A DNA stretch of 64,000 nt from Ptychomitrium polyphyllum. Taxonomy: Eukaryota. Within the stretch, counting starts at the first letter, position 1. Each line of letters begins with the position of its first letter. The notes beneath the pieces are model-generated. The model did no database searches. It was not told the DNA's origin and saw only the letters and a program-made list of their open reading frames with translations. The stretch covers positions 17,174,001-17,238,000 of the forward strand of contig OZ316775.1 in the NCBI GenBank assembly GCA_973851085.1, in the 5' to 3' direction. Below, piece by piece: positions 62,601 through 64,000 of the stretch. A program made the position numbers and the translations under genes.

Positions 62601-63464
62601 AAATCACCTACTAGAGCATCCATTTTATTTATAAAGAAGAAAGATGGATCATTACGTATGTGCATGAACTACCAAGGCCTCAATAAAGTAACTTAGAAGA
62701 ATTGCTAACCATTACTATTAATCTCAGGACTCTAACAACAACTTGGCCAAGTAAAAATATTCACCAAAATTGATCTTAGGAAAATTTACAATCTTGTACG
62801 CATCAAACAAGGAGGCAAATGGAAGATAGCCTTTCAATTTAGATATGGCCATTTTGAATACAATGTTATGCCTTTTGGCCTTACTAATGTCCCTGCAGTC
62901 TTCCAACACATGATAAATGATATCTCCCATGAACACTTGGATGGTTTTGTAGTCATTTACTTGGATGACATTTTGATATATTCAAAGGATGAAGAAGACC
63001 ACAAATGTTATGTGCAACTGGTCTTAGAAAAATTACGCTAACGAGGATTATATGCCAAATTGGCAAAGTATCTTTTTTATGAATCTTTGATTGAATTTTT
63101 AGATTACATCATCTTTAGAAGAGAAATCCATATAGATGGGAAGAAAATAAGGACTAGTATATAGTAGAGTATACTAATATCAATTTAAGATGTTCAATGA
63201 TTCTTAGGATTTGCAAATTTCTAGAGAATATTCATCAAAGATTATTCCAAGAATACAACACCATTTATGTGACTTACAAAGAAACAAAAATTCACTTTGA
63301 ATGAAGAGGCAAAGCAGGCATTTTATTGTTTTAAGAAGACATTTAAATTGGCTCCAATCTTTATTCATTCAAATCCATCAAAGCCTTTATATTTGAAAGC
63401 AGATGCCTCAGATTCTACGCTTGGCTTAAGATTCTCACAATAGAATGAAGATGGAAGACCCCAT
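59643..63464 (+). mobile_element. Decayed Tcn1-like chromovirus C (5' LTR 59643-60152, gag, protease, RT, RNase H; continues past the window)
   Basis: LTR followed by a self-complementary PBS, gag EPKISMP.K.DG.RSKLRGFI (~60635), knuckle YCGESEHKVRDC (~61720), and RT 62391-62696 (PKHRPYNCAIDL...KKKDGSLRMCMNY) with YLDDILIYS (~62960). Confidence 0.88.
60730..61129. repeat. Copia-family solo LTR inserted in gag of element C
   Basis: 400 bp, homologous to 11165-11557 and 34386-34804. TSD tcaat/ccaat (4/5). Confidence 0.9.
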
Positions 63465-64000
63465 TGTGAAGATAAATTAATCCTTGCTATATTAAAGGCC
63501 AATTTGATTCTCACAATTCTACTTAGATTATGATTATCTAAATTGCGTTATAATCCAAGGTCAAATTTAATTAAATTAGAATCAAATTCATAAATGTTCA
63601 AGTCTTCTCATACATTAGTGAATATCTAACTAGAAGTGTAATAAAATAGCTATGTGCTAAATTCCTCTTGTTTACTACAACTCTAATGACTTAATATTTT
63701 AGAAGGCTTTACTCAGTTTATTGGCCCTAATTTAAGAAGGTTATTTTCCGTTATTTAGTGATCCAAAGTACTATCCACCAAACTATTATTCTATTCAACC
63801 TCACAACATTTTCCGCTTAAAGCAACAAGATCTCTTCACACCAAATCGGATGCCTCGGGCGCTTCACAGATTCAAATCTTATAATCTTGATGTTTATAGA
63901 ACCGCAACTACTTGATCTAACTTAATCCAAAATTTCAAAACTTCTTCTTCAAAGAAAAAAGAGAAAACAACCAAAACCTAAAGGCAAGTTTTAACCCCAA
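63465..64000. mobile_element. Start of another insertion (probable LTR) interrupting RNase H of element C
   Basis: RNase H reading ...SQ.NEDGR.H stops abruptly at tgtgaagata and is followed by non-coding AT-rich sequence. The other end lies outside the window. Confidence 0.5.

Overview
Eukaryotic, repeat-dense plant DNA. It is most likely a moss such as Physcomitrium, inferred from the TE families and gene structures and not verified by search. Roughly two-thirds of the window is nested, decayed LTR retrotransposons. These are: a Galadriel-like chromovirus (1403-9153) inserted in the integrase of a minus-strand Ty1/copia; several more copies of its 1.14-kb LTR; three Tcn1-like chromovirus relics with self-priming-type PBSs; an Athila/Tat-like relic; and many solo LTRs. 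Host genes are an ERD15-like PAM2 protein (22111-23102, minus), GIP1/MZT1 (50819-51025, minus) and a 16-exon SNI1/NSE6 gene (52833-57586, plus), plus a tandem pair of F-box pseudogenes. The main observations are: (1) an unannotated-looking pseudogene carrying a gapless IFI6/IFI27 (ISG12) motif at about 44.2-44.8 kb; (2) a 1.28-kb near-identical tract shared by two otherwise diverged dead retroelements 21.5 kb apart; (3) a single TSD-flanked element whose two LTRs belong to different subtypes; (4) three different reverse-transcription priming modes side by side. I found no intact novel multi-gene system, no RNA genes and no CRISPR array.
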